IMG/VR virus record: IMGVR_UViG_3300036825_000149
Span: 1 to 50,323 of that record
Source: a virus
Lineage: Duplodnaviria; Caudoviricetes
DNA length: 50,323 bases
Strand: one strand, 5' to 3'
Part shown: piece by piece, positions 10,279 to 18,932 of the stretch
Layout: each line of letters opens with the position of its first letter
Numbering within the stretch: position 1 is the first letter of the stretch
Made by a program: the position numbers and the translations under genes
The notes under the pieces: model-generated
Told to the model about the DNA's origin: nothing
Database searches by the model: none
Seen by the model: only the letters and a program-made list of their open reading frames with translations

Positions 10279-10902
10279 TTACTGCTGATCGCTGGAGAAC
10301 ATGCCTGCGCTGATAATCGCGCCGCCAATTTCCCGCTCACCGTAGAGCACCGGCACGGGATAGCCCATCGATATGGTATTCACCGGAGCACCAAAAGCAT
10401 AATTAGGCTTGTTATCTGTGCTGGAGGACGCTCCTACGTTAAAATCAGGCTGCGGCGTCAGCATCTGCACTACCCCGCCCAGAACCATGCTGAGACCAAT
10501 TGAGGTTAAGGCTGTGACAGCGGCACCAGTTGCCGTAGTTGCGCCCAGCGCAGCCCCCCACAGCGCCAGTGAGCCGCCAGCTGTAAAGAATGCTGCAGCA
10601 AGCGCAGCCGCGCCTATAACGACCTGAAGGAATCCACCCCGCTTTGCCCCTTCAATAACAGGCTCAATACTGAACACCTCCCCTCCGGCAGTCATATCAA
10701 ACTCGTCAATACCGATATTGTTGCGACCGCTGAAAAATGCGAAGCGAATACCGTTCATATGCGCCTCGCTCATGTACTTCCTGAACCCCGGCACCTGCGA
10801 ACACATCGCCCTGAGCATTTCGCGCAGGTCTGCCACATGAAACTGGTGAGTTTTACCGAACTTTTTCGCCATGCGGCCTTTAAGAATCAGCGTTTTTTTC
10901 AA
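10279..10902 (-). CDS. Tail assembly protein I
   Basis: Gly/Ala-rich hydrophobic core, GYPVPVLYGEREIGGAIISAG C-terminus; position before J. Confidence 0.92.
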   Translation of the reverse strand: MKKTLILKGRMAKKFGKTHQFHVADLREMLRAMCSQVPGFRKYMSEAHMNGIRFAFFSGRNNIGIDEFDMTAGGEVFSIEPVIEGAKRGGFLQVVIGAAALAAAFFTAGGSLALWGAALGATTATGAAVTALTSIGLSMVLGGVVQMLTPQPDFNVGASSSTDNKPNYAFGAPVNTISMGYPVPVLYGEREIGGAIISAGMFSSDQQ

Positions 10903-11614
10903 GGTTTACTCCTTTGTGTCTTACCACGCGCACAGTCCGATCACGGTAATATTTGCCATAAGGCACGCGCGTTGATAGCTGTCCGAACATGTGATGAAGC
11001 ATCTGGTTGTCGCCCAGATAAATCGCGGCGTGATTGGTTACAGGGGCGCTGACCTGCATCATGATCATGTCGCCAGGTTGTATCTGGCTTGATGGCACCT
11101 CGTAGAACCCTTCGCGCTCCCAGTTATCGTCGTAGCGGTTTTCTTTCGCATCAATCCACCACTCGTAATCGACAGAGTAATCCCCCAAAACCACGCCTTG
11201 TTCACGCTGGTAATACTCACGGATCAGCGACCAGCAATCAGCGTATCCGAGCAGCCACTGACGCCCGACATAATCGCGTTCGTCACGGGGTGAAATCGTG
11301 CAAAAATCACCGTCAGGCCATGACATGATCCCCCACTCAATTCCTGACCAGTCGCACTGGATGCGGTCGAACTCGGAGGGAACCAGCCTGGTCACATCCG
11401 GGTGAGAATGAATAACCATGATGATCTCGCCCAGCTTTTCAGCCGCACGTCGGTCATCGGGTGCCATCGTGAAGGTTTCAGTCGGGTCACTGGCCACGTT
11501 GCGACAGGCAACGTATTTCTGCCCCATACTCGTCTCAACGATCACGCCGCAGGCCTCTTTCGGGTACTCAGCCGCGACGTGTTTACGTATTGCGTCCATC
11601 AGGCGTTTACGCAT
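10880..11614 (-). CDS. Tail assembly protein K (JAB/MPN + NlpC/P60 domains)
   Basis: YPKEACG, IHSHPD, DCWSLIREYY, NHAAIYLG; likely start ATG 11614 (MRKRLMDAIRKH). Confidence 0.93.
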   Translation of the reverse strand: MRKRLMDAIRKHVAAEYPKEACGVIVETSMGQKYVACRNVASDPTETFTMAPDDRRAAEKLGEIIMVIHSHPDVTRLVPSEFDRIQCDWSGIEWGIMSWPDGDFCTISPRDERDYVGRQWLLGYADCWSLIREYYQREQGVVLGDYSVDYEWWIDAKENRYDDNWEREGFYEVPSSQIQPGDMIMMQVSAPVTNHAAIYLGDNQMLHHMFGQLSTRVPYGKYYRDRTVRVVRHKGVNLEKNADS

Positions 11615-11615
11615 G

Positions 11616-12353
11616 CTAATTCCCCTGTAAATTTGCCGCAGGAAAGCCACCGAAAGGAAGTGGGTTGTCCTGTCCAAAGCGATCCCTGCAATCCTGCATA
11701 CGACCGCCGCACACATCCAGAGCAGGGTTATCAGTAGGCGAACCGTCTTTCTGAAAATATTTAGTGCCGTTGTAGTCGCAGCCGTTACCTGTGCGGTACC
11801 AGCCACGCAGACACCAGGTACACACGGGGAGAATTTGCCTTGCCGGCAATTGGAGGTTCTGAATATCGAAGGGTGAGCACAGTTCAAAATCGACCTGTAC
11901 GCGCGATTCTGCGGTTCTGGCATTGATATAGAAAAGCTGCACACGTTCTTCGTTCGGGTTGGCATTCGGATTGCCATGCACCCAGTTAGCGGCATCCAGG
12001 TATTTTGCGAACGTGGTATGAATACGAACTTTAGCCTTAACCATGTCGTCATACTGCAAACAGAGTGCCGTCACATAGTTAGAGATATTTCCCACTGAAA
12101 GAGTCGGCGTCGGCTGTGGGCCCGAACCCGATAATTCCAGACCCGTCACTTCGTAGGGATGCGGATCGTATTCGTTACCCTGCCAGATGATTGATGGGAG
12201 ATTGTCAGCAGCAAACGATGCCCAGCCTTCAGAGTGGATATTGTACGCGTGGAAGCGAAGCACTTTATCCATCCCGAAGGAGGTTCCATCGACCTCGATT
12301 AGCTGGATTTTTTCACCAGGCTCCAGCGCCTGGAAATCAGCATTTAGCCCCAT
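11616..12353 (-). CDS. Minor tail protein L
   Basis: IIWQGNEYDPHP; C-terminal Cys cluster (CTW...C...CGG...C) and FGGFP ending. Confidence 0.94.
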   Translation of the reverse strand: MGLNADFQALEPGEKIQLIEVDGTSFGMDKVLRFHAYNIHSEGWASFAADNLPSIIWQGNEYDPHPYEVTGLELSGSGPQPTPTLSVGNISNYVTALCLQYDDMVKAKVRIHTTFAKYLDAANWVHGNPNANPNEERVQLFYINARTAESRVQVDFELCSPFDIQNLQLPARQILPVCTWCLRGWYRTGNGCDYNGTKYFQKDGSPTDNPALDVCGGRMQDCRDRFGQDNPLPFGGFPAANLQGN

Positions 12354-12366
12354 AAATTTTACCCAT

Positions 12367-12390
12367 AAAAAAACCCGCCGAAGCGGGTTT
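12367..12390 (-). terminator. Intrinsic terminator after lipoprotein moron
   Basis: AAACCCGC-loop-GCGGGTTT followed by a T-run. Confidence 0.75.
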
Positions 12391-12408
12391 GTGTTTTGAC
12401 CTGAATTA

Positions 12409-12723
12409 TTACTGGCACTTGACCTGTTTCAAAGATTCAAGCTGATTGAGTCGCGCCTGTGCCTTTTTTCTGGCATCACTTTTAGCCATGCCGTTACCAA
12501 TGCCAAAATCACCCAGCACGCCAAGAACTGTTCTGCCATCAAATTCACCTGTTGACTCGATTTCTTGCTGAATGCTGTGCGTTTTAGCAATTTCCTGTTT
12601 GATCGCCTGGCAGTCGAATGCAGAAGTCTCTTCCCCTGTGACCGCAGGAGCCTGAGGATATTGTTTAGTAGCACAGGCAGACAGGAACCCAACACTTAAA
12701 ACCAGAAGCGCTAACTTTTTCAT
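12409..12723 (-). CDS. Lipoprotein moron between M and L
   Basis: MKKLALLVLSVGFLSA-C lipobox; AT-rich upstream gap and its own terminator. Confidence 0.8.
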   Translation of the reverse strand: MKKLALLVLSVGFLSACATKQYPQAPAVTGEETSAFDCQAIKQEIAKTHSIQQEIESTGEFDGRTVLGVLGDFGIGNGMAKSDARKKAQARLNQLESLKQVKCQ

Positions 12724-12828
12724 TAACAAATAACCCTAAATTAATTCACATATTTTTATTTTAAAGCGGCTCGCATGGTACCATTCACTTTTAAACTTGT
12801 CATAAACCAAACTCATAAATAATCAAAA

Positions 12829-13167
12829 TCATGGTGCAAAGGCCTGTTTGAACGTGAATGCCATTGAGACAACTTTACCTGAGATAAACGTTGGTTTGAT
12901 TGAGTCAGGTTTCACCCGGTAAAGTTTTTTCTCCCCCCACGGATTCGACCACCAGAAGGATTGATGAGCATGGGAATGAAGAAAAGCACGAATAGCCGCC
13001 ACGTCATTCTTCTTTCCAGTCCAGGTTAGATCCCACGCTTCCGCCACGTTGTTGATACCATTAACCGCCACCTGTTCGTAACCGTCACCGAACTGTGCGG
13101 TGTAGAGGTTGATGGTATCGGTCGCGGTTGGTGAAACTTGCGTTGGCCAAGTAAAGGTATCTGTCAT
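12829..13167 (-). CDS. Minor tail protein M
   Basis: AQFGDGYEQ...GINN motif, FLHSHAHQSFWW, FKQAFAP ending. Confidence 0.93.
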   Translation of the reverse strand: MTDTFTWPTQVSPTATDTINLYTAQFGDGYEQVAVNGINNVAEAWDLTWTGKKNDVAAIRAFLHSHAHQSFWWSNPWGEKKLYRVKPDSIKPTFISGKVVSMAFTFKQAFAP

Positions 13168-13177
13168 ATTTCGCCTA

Positions 13178-13202
13178 TAAAAAAACCCGCCTAAGCGGGT
13201 TA
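13178..13202 (-). terminator. Intrinsic terminator after HEPN-like moron
   Basis: AACCCGC-loop-GCGGGTT followed by a T-run. Confidence 0.75.
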
Positions 13203-13748
13203 ATGTTGCTTAAATGGAGGTATCTCATACCACTCTCGTAAAGAGTTATCCAAGAGAAGACATGTTTTAATGACGATAAGGGCATAACGTATAAGATTTT
13301 CGTCACGCTCTTTATCGATAGCAAAATATTTCCCGCCATGAAAAAGGTTATTACGAACGTTTTTTGCAGACCATAAGGCCTTTGAACCTATATTCGTAAG
13401 CTCATTTGGGAAATTGCTATTTTCCCATGAGTAACTAGACTTTTGTTTTTTGGGGGGAGTATTCGCTAAATATTGAATGCTCTCTTGTAAAATGGGAACA
13501 TTTATAGAGAGTAACTCCACCCCAATTGACGAACATAGTTTTATCCAATCAGGATCGATCCAATCCCCCCTCTGAGACCTTTTGGAAAAATTGCCACATT
13601 TCATTGCATGCTCAAATCGTGAGAAAACTGAGAAAAACTCTATCACTAACTCTTTAGAGACATCACCTAAAATTTGTGGTGAGAGAGGATCTGCAAGTTG
13701 AGTCAAGTCATCTAAAAATAGTTGATTTGTATCTTCTGGTTCTTCCAT
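13200..13748 (-). CDS. HEPN-like protein (moron); ORF is open upstream to 13811
   Basis: Helical protein with RxxxxH motif VRNNLFHGGK and N-terminal FSRFE; AT-rich; GAGG RBS before ATG 13748. Confidence 0.65.
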   Translation of the reverse strand: MEEPEDTNQLFLDDLTQLADPLSPQILGDVSKELVIEFFSVFSRFEHAMKCGNFSKRSQRGDWIDPDWIKLCSSIGVELLSINVPILQESIQYLANTPPKKQKSSYSWENSNFPNELTNIGSKALWSAKNVRNNLFHGGKYFAIDKERDENLIRYALIVIKTCLLLDNSLREWYEIPPFKQH

Positions 13749-13888
13749 ATCGTCCTCATCATAATCGCAAAACACAACACCATTAACATAGCGAAATTGT
13801 AATGATAACAATCACATTTGCAACGTAATTTCGCCATTAATTCAAACGATAATCAACAAGGGGTCAAAACCCCTTTTACTTTTAAATC

Positions 13889-14314
13889 CTAGAACTCAGC
13901 TTTCATTTCACCAGGGAATTTTTTAGCTGAAGCATAATAGCTACCCAAAATATATGCCTTCAATTCCTGCTCATTATCAATCTTGCATGTTGAATCATAG
14001 CAGGCCCCACCAATAATACCGTACGTCGTAGCTTTTTTGTTAAGATCCGCTTTGATTTCTTCAATACTGTTCTTGTCCATTGCTACTACACAACCACTGA
14101 CTATTGCCTGAGCCTTTCTGTCATTCATACCTAAAATGACAGTATTTGCCAACTTGCTATACCCATTATTTTTATATACTTCAGCTGCATTTTCGCGACA
14201 TTCGGCATAGTGTGGATTAGTTTTAATTTGATTGTAATCAGGCACGCGCATCCCTGCACAACCTGAAACACCAAGAGCAATCAACAATACTGCAATTTTT
14301 TTTGTCATATCCAT
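13889..14314 (-). CDS. Cys-rich lipoprotein moron
   Basis: KKIAVLLIALGVSG-C lipobox, four further Cys; AT-rich. Confidence 0.8.
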   Translation of the reverse strand: MDMTKKIAVLLIALGVSGCAGMRVPDYNQIKTNPHYAECRENAAEVYKNNGYSKLANTVILGMNDRKAQAIVSGCVVAMDKNSIEEIKADLNKKATTYGIIGGACYDSTCKIDNEQELKAYILGSYYASAKKFPGEMKAEF

Positions 14315-14458
14315 TAACACTCCATTTCCAAATTTAAAGATGCTTACATTGTTCTAAGAAAGCAAAAATAAGTAGATGAAACTCTTACCGACAAATAAAG
14401 CAGGAATAATACTATCAAAAATCTCATTGTTAACAAACATCTATACCTTGTCTGTAAG

Positions 14459-17245
14459 TTAACTTCGCTTATATAGCACTCCACCTTCAGCTAATTCCTT
14501 TCTTAGCCTAGTTGTCACCTCCTGTTGTACAACTGATTTCACCAGATTTCCGATGCTTTCAGCACCCTTACGGCTTGAATTATTTGCCCCCGTGCCACTT
14601 TCCTGAGTAACAGAGACAGGCGCATCAACATTAACCGTAAGCCCACCACCGGAAAGTCCATACATTGGCGCACGTCCAACTACTCTACCCTCTGCATAAC
14701 CCTGCGCGTTATGCATAAGTGCATAAAGATTTTCAACACCGAGAGCGCTGGTGGCCTCTTTCGTAAATACGAACTCTCCTCCGTGAACGATCCCTTTAGG
14801 TTCATACTTACCACCCGCTCCGGTATAGCCTCCTGAGTCAAACTTAGGAACGGCACCGCCGCCTGAGAAGCCGAATATACCGGCGGCGCTTTTAGCCGTA
14901 TTAACTAGGGCAATTTGGGTCAACATCTGGGTAATGCCTTTCAGGAAGGTGGTCAGATAGTCTTTGAAATTTGCCTTTCCGGTAGTGAAGAAATCAGCGA
15001 GGCTATTTGACATGCTGGCGAATGCCCCCTGGCTAACACTCGCAATATTATCGTAAACGTTGGTGGCTGAATCCTCATACTCAGCCCAGCCCTTTTTAGC
15101 CCCTGCAAGCCAGTCGCCGCGCAGTTCATCCTCCTTCGCATAGCGTTCTTCAAGCTTGTTGCTTGCTGCTGATTTATCCTCTTCAGAGGCTTTCATCAGT
15201 TTGAGCTGCTCACGCTCTTTTTGACGCTGCGCTTGTCGGTTGCTCATTCCCGCGGTGCTGTCCATCGCTGAAATGAGAGCGCTTTGTTGCTGAATGAATC
15301 TCAGGGAAGTTTCATGACCCTTCGCGATCTCCTTGATGTTTTGAATCCGCTTAGCCTCTGCACTTTCAGCCTCAAGTGCTGCGCGGATCTCACCACTTCT
15401 GGCGACAAGACTTTTTTGGTCTGCCGTTAAAATCCTTTTTTGCTTCAGGTCTGCAATTTGCTGGTTGAATTCCAGCAGACGCTTTTCTTCTGACGTCAGG
15501 CTGTTGGTTGTTTCATCCTGCGCTTTCAGTACAGCCAGGCGTTTCGATGATTCCTGAAGCATCTTTGTTGCAGAATCATCGGTGTAGGTTTTTTCCTTCT
15601 TCAGCCCCTTCTGCTTACTCTTCTCGTAACTCTCATTCTCACGACGAATAGCCTCGTCTTTCACCGCTTTTGAAGCGTAAGAATTACGGATTTCAGCTAG
15701 CCGTCTTTGATGCTGCTCTTCCTTGTTTTCGTACTGGGTCTTCCATTTTTGGTCGTCGTTGAAAATACGTTTTTGGTTTTCTTCTGCTTTTCTAGCTGAG
15801 TCTTCACGTGCCGCAGCAATATCCGCCTGAAATTTTTCCTCCTTCAGCTCATCCAGTGACTTTTCGGCCCCATAGTTGTTCATCCCTGACGGCGTAGGGA
15901 TTTTTCTGCTGGCGCGTTTCTGTAGGTTTTCAATCTGGTCTTCGATTGTTTCAGGCCGCCCAATACCCAGCATGGCATCCCAGGCTTCAGCGGCTTTCTG
16001 CTTGATAGCCTGCCAGCCCCATTCCAGAAAACCCAGGTTGTTGGTGATATCAGTGGTACGATTTTGAATAGCGTCGGCATACGCTTCCATAGCGATTTTT
16101 GCCGCGCCGGTGGTATCACCAACCTGTGAAAGAGAGGTAATCTGCTCAAGCTGGCTGGCGGTCAGGAAGTGGAGCTGCTGATCCAGCTCCTTAGCCGCGC
16201 TGAGAGGTTCATTTTGCAGCCGCGCAAAATGCCCTACTGTCGCATCTACTGACTGACCCGTTACCTGTTCCAGCCGGATGGCAGATCGGGTAATCATCTC
16301 AAGCTGGTTACTCCCAAAGCTTCCTGTGCCGACAACTTTCGCTAGCGCCGCCGCTGTGTCCCCACGCGTTATCCCACTGCCTGAGATAGCTTTCGCCAGA
16401 TTATTTAGTTGTCCGGTTGTACGGCCAGCATAATTCCCCGTCAGCGCGAGCTGTTTATTAAACTCGCTGCTTTCCTGCTGGCCTTTGTAGTAAGCGGTTC
16501 CAAGCGTTGCGACTGCACCCGCCAAAAGAGCAACTTGCGGTGTCAAAGCCCCGATATTGCCAAGAAAAGACGTTCCTGTACCTGCCACACCGCCCAGGTT
16601 GCTTCTGACGAGTGAAGCGGCCAGAGTGCGCAGGTTTTTACCCGCTGCAGCGGTCCTGGTATTAAAGCGTGCAGTACCCTCTTCTGCCTTTTTCAGCTTC
16701 TGAATATAAATTTCAGCAGCCGAACCTGCCCCCAGCTGTTCAGCCCTGTAGCGCAGCAGTTCTTCGCGGGAAAGACGCGTGGTTGCTACCTGATCTTTGA
16801 GTTTTTTGAGAAAAACTTCCCGCGCTGCAGCGGCACTTTCTTCCGCGCGTCGGCCTTCGATTTGTTTGGCGGTAATTGCTGACAGCAACGCCAGATAATC
16901 TTCCTGGATGAGATTACCGGACTTTTGCGCCGCATGGAGGCGGGAACGAATTTCCGCGATATTATACGTTTCTTTTGCGGCATTTTTTATGCTGTCGATT
17001 TGCTTATAAAACGCCGAGGCCAGTTCATCCTGAGCGGAGGCATTTTTCCTAGTTGCAGCCTCACTACTCGCCAGTCGCTTACGCAGTTCTTCAACCCTGC
17101 GGTGAGTTTCATCAACGCTCTGGCTCAGTTCGTCAGCAGAGCCAGCCCCGCCTTTCGCCGCGTGGCGGAATTTATCAAGCTCCTGCGCGCCTTTTTCCAG
17201 TCCGCTGGTATTAACACGCAGGGAGATCGTAGCAATATCAGACAT
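14459..17245 (-). CDS. Tail tape measure protein (lambda H-like)
   Basis: 928-aa Ala-rich helical protein; LTGNYAG, GGYTGAGGKYEPKGIVHGGEFV; downstream of G/T. Confidence 0.95.
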   Translation of the reverse strand: MSDIATISLRVNTSGLEKGAQELDKFRHAAKGGAGSADELSQSVDETHRRVEELRKRLASSEAATRKNASAQDELASAFYKQIDSIKNAAKETYNIAEIRSRLHAAQKSGNLIQEDYLALLSAITAKQIEGRRAEESAAAAREVFLKKLKDQVATTRLSREELLRYRAEQLGAGSAAEIYIQKLKKAEEGTARFNTRTAAAGKNLRTLAASLVRSNLGGVAGTGTSFLGNIGALTPQVALLAGAVATLGTAYYKGQQESSEFNKQLALTGNYAGRTTGQLNNLAKAISGSGITRGDTAAALAKVVGTGSFGSNQLEMITRSAIRLEQVTGQSVDATVGHFARLQNEPLSAAKELDQQLHFLTASQLEQITSLSQVGDTTGAAKIAMEAYADAIQNRTTDITNNLGFLEWGWQAIKQKAAEAWDAMLGIGRPETIEDQIENLQKRASRKIPTPSGMNNYGAEKSLDELKEEKFQADIAAAREDSARKAEENQKRIFNDDQKWKTQYENKEEQHQRRLAEIRNSYASKAVKDEAIRRENESYEKSKQKGLKKEKTYTDDSATKMLQESSKRLAVLKAQDETTNSLTSEEKRLLEFNQQIADLKQKRILTADQKSLVARSGEIRAALEAESAEAKRIQNIKEIAKGHETSLRFIQQQSALISAMDSTAGMSNRQAQRQKEREQLKLMKASEEDKSAASNKLEERYAKEDELRGDWLAGAKKGWAEYEDSATNVYDNIASVSQGAFASMSNSLADFFTTGKANFKDYLTTFLKGITQMLTQIALVNTAKSAAGIFGFSGGGAVPKFDSGGYTGAGGKYEPKGIVHGGEFVFTKEATSALGVENLYALMHNAQGYAEGRVVGRAPMYGLSGGGLTVNVDAPVSVTQESGTGANNSSRKGAESIGNLVKSVVQQEVTTRLRKELAEGGVLYKRS

Positions 17246-17260
17246 GATACACCTTAAAAG

Positions 17261-17282
17261 AAAAACCCCGCTGAGCGGGGTT
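17261..17282 (-). terminator. Intrinsic terminator after lipase moron
   Basis: AACCCCGC-loop-GCGGGGTT followed by a T-run. Confidence 0.75.
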
Positions 17283-17289
17283 GGAGAGG

Positions 17290-18210
17290 CTAGTTATTTT
17301 TTGCTATGTGGCATGATGCAAATTTTGATGCCCTTAAAATATCAAGTGGCTCAGTTGTCGCGGGATTACGCCCCCTATCGGACAGGCCATAATCAGCAAC
17401 AAACAACATTTGTTTGACGATATTCCATCTGAAATGACCATAAATACTATTGGATCTGATTAAATAAAAATTTGATGACATCTGTTCATTTGGCCCAACA
17501 ATCGCGCCCCAACCTGGAACAAAGAAGAACGAGGGTTTCCTTGTTTTTCGCAAAATTTCCGTATCTGTAGACGCTAACCATATCCTGCTATCAAACTTGC
17601 TATCCGAATAGGTACGTGGACTTGGATTAATTGCCCATACCTCATCAATTTTATTACTGGTTCCTTCCGATTTCGCAACATGAACAGCCAGCCCACCTCC
17701 TAGAGAAATCCCCGTTACGACAACTTTTTCCTTACCTGTGTCATACGCCTTGAGCATCCGCTTCGTGTATTCCACCGCCTGGTCGTATTGCTTCTTGTAG
17801 GGCAGCGGATTTAAATTCGTCGCAACCCAGTCGCAAAGATCATCAGAACCTCTATAAGCAATGACAATCTCATCTCTTTCCTCAGAATTTCTGCCTTTCA
17901 CCAGAAAGGTAGATGCAGAAAAACATTTTTTATCAATATTATGGTTATCAAGCACTCTCATTCTGGCTGGAGTAGCAAAGAAATGCTGTCCACTTTCACC
18001 ATTGTTTTTTTGTAGTGTAAGGGCCGCAGCAACTGCATACAGATAACCATGAGTAGCGACGTTAATGGTTGTTTCATCAAATGGACCACTATTAGGAATT
18101 AAATATCGTTCGTTGCAAAATACCTTGCCTTTTTCTCCATACGGAGAGTCGCCTTTGCCAGTACAACCGACCATCGCAAAAGCGCACAACATCAGGACAC
18201 TCTTGTTCAT
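17290..18210 (-). CDS. Lipoprotein with class-3-lipase-like alpha/beta hydrolase domain (moron)
   Basis: Lipobox AMVG-C; IVIAYRGSD...DW and nucleophile elbow VVVTGISLGGGLA (GxSxG). Confidence 0.8.
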   Translation of the reverse strand: MNKSVLMLCAFAMVGCTGKGDSPYGEKGKVFCNERYLIPNSGPFDETTINVATHGYLYAVAAALTLQKNNGESGQHFFATPARMRVLDNHNIDKKCFSASTFLVKGRNSEERDEIVIAYRGSDDLCDWVATNLNPLPYKKQYDQAVEYTKRMLKAYDTGKEKVVVTGISLGGGLAVHVAKSEGTSNKIDEVWAINPSPRTYSDSKFDSRIWLASTDTEILRKTRKPSFFFVPGWGAIVGPNEQMSSNFYLIRSNSIYGHFRWNIVKQMLFVADYGLSDRGRNPATTEPLDILRASKFASCHIAKNN

Positions 18211-18261
18211 AAAAGCACCTTTTTTTGCTGTGTGTTTTTTCTAACTACATCTTTAAGATAG

Positions 18262-18582
18262 CTATGGTTTATCTCTTTTATGGAGAATTTTTAAGGCTAT
18301 TCTTTCCATGATTCGGATATCATCAAATACGGTTGCCTCATCCACAATACCGTGAACGCGCATCATCCAAGGGAGCACGTTGTAATCAAGTCCAGTAGCA
18401 CCACCAAAGCCAGTGCGCCATTGTGTAGATAGCGACTGAAACAAACGAAATGAGGGCCACACATCAGGCAGGACGTATACGATCACATCGTCATAATCGT
18501 CATCAGTCAGCCCGAACGTGGCCATGTCCTCCGCAGCGATTTCAGGCGTATAGAATGCAGAGGCAACCGTGATTAGTTTTTT
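18262..18582 (-). CDS. Tail assembly chaperone T portion, expressed as a G-T fusion by -1 frameshift
   Basis: The -1 frame is open from the slippery site (KLITVASAFYTPE...) into the 18262..18525 ORF with STQWRTGFGGATGLDY. Confidence 0.85.
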   Translation of the reverse strand, partial: KKLITVASAFYTPEIAAEDMATFGLTDDDYDDVIVYVLPDVWPSFRLFQSLSTQWRTGFGGATGLDYNVLPWMMRVHGIVDEATVFDDIRIMERIALKILHKRDKP

Positions 18583-18884
18583 TCCCGACGCCCCATCAGC
18601 TCGGAGTAATATTTTTCGGTGATCGCAGAAGCCGCCCCCAGATAATTATCGAGCAATACCGTCAGGTTTTCGCGGGAGTAGGATTCAGGCAGCGCCCAGC
18701 CCTCGATAATTTCCGACAGAAAATCAATGGCCGTTGCGCCTTCTCTCTTTTCCATCTCTTTGATCTGATCCGCTGACTTATGACGGAACGTAAAAGTCAG
18801 CACGCCAGGCTCTTCCCCGGCACGCGGGATCTCTACGTTGGCTTTAAAAGTCGGTTTTGGTTGCAGCTCAAATTTAGTTGCCAT
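18573..18884 (-). CDS. Tail assembly chaperone G
   Basis: Between tail tube and tape measure genes; ends GRREKN* on a slippery sequence. Confidence 0.9.
   Translation of the reverse strand: MATKFELQPKPTFKANVEIPRAGEEPGVLTFTFRHKSADQIKEMEKREGATAIDFLSEIIEGWALPESYSRENLTVLLDNYLGAASAITEKYYSELMGRREKN
18576..18586 (-). other. Programmed -1 frameshift site (GGGAAAAAAAC; heptamer A AAA AAC)
   Basis: CGG GAA AAA AAC TAA at the end of G; -1 frame continues into T. Confidence 0.88.
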
Positions 18885-18905
18885 TGTTTTTTCCTTCTAT
18901 AAATA

Positions 18906-18926
18906 AAAAAGCCCTCCGTAGAGGGC
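18906..18926 (-). terminator. Intrinsic terminator after tail tube gene
   Basis: GCCCTC-loop-GAGGGC followed by a T-run. Confidence 0.65.
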
Positions 18927-18932
18927 CGGAAA

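Noticed and set aside
11615-12052. Long N-terminal extension of tail protein K in the ORF track
   Set aside because: Overlaps gene L in another frame; K homology begins at ATG 11614.
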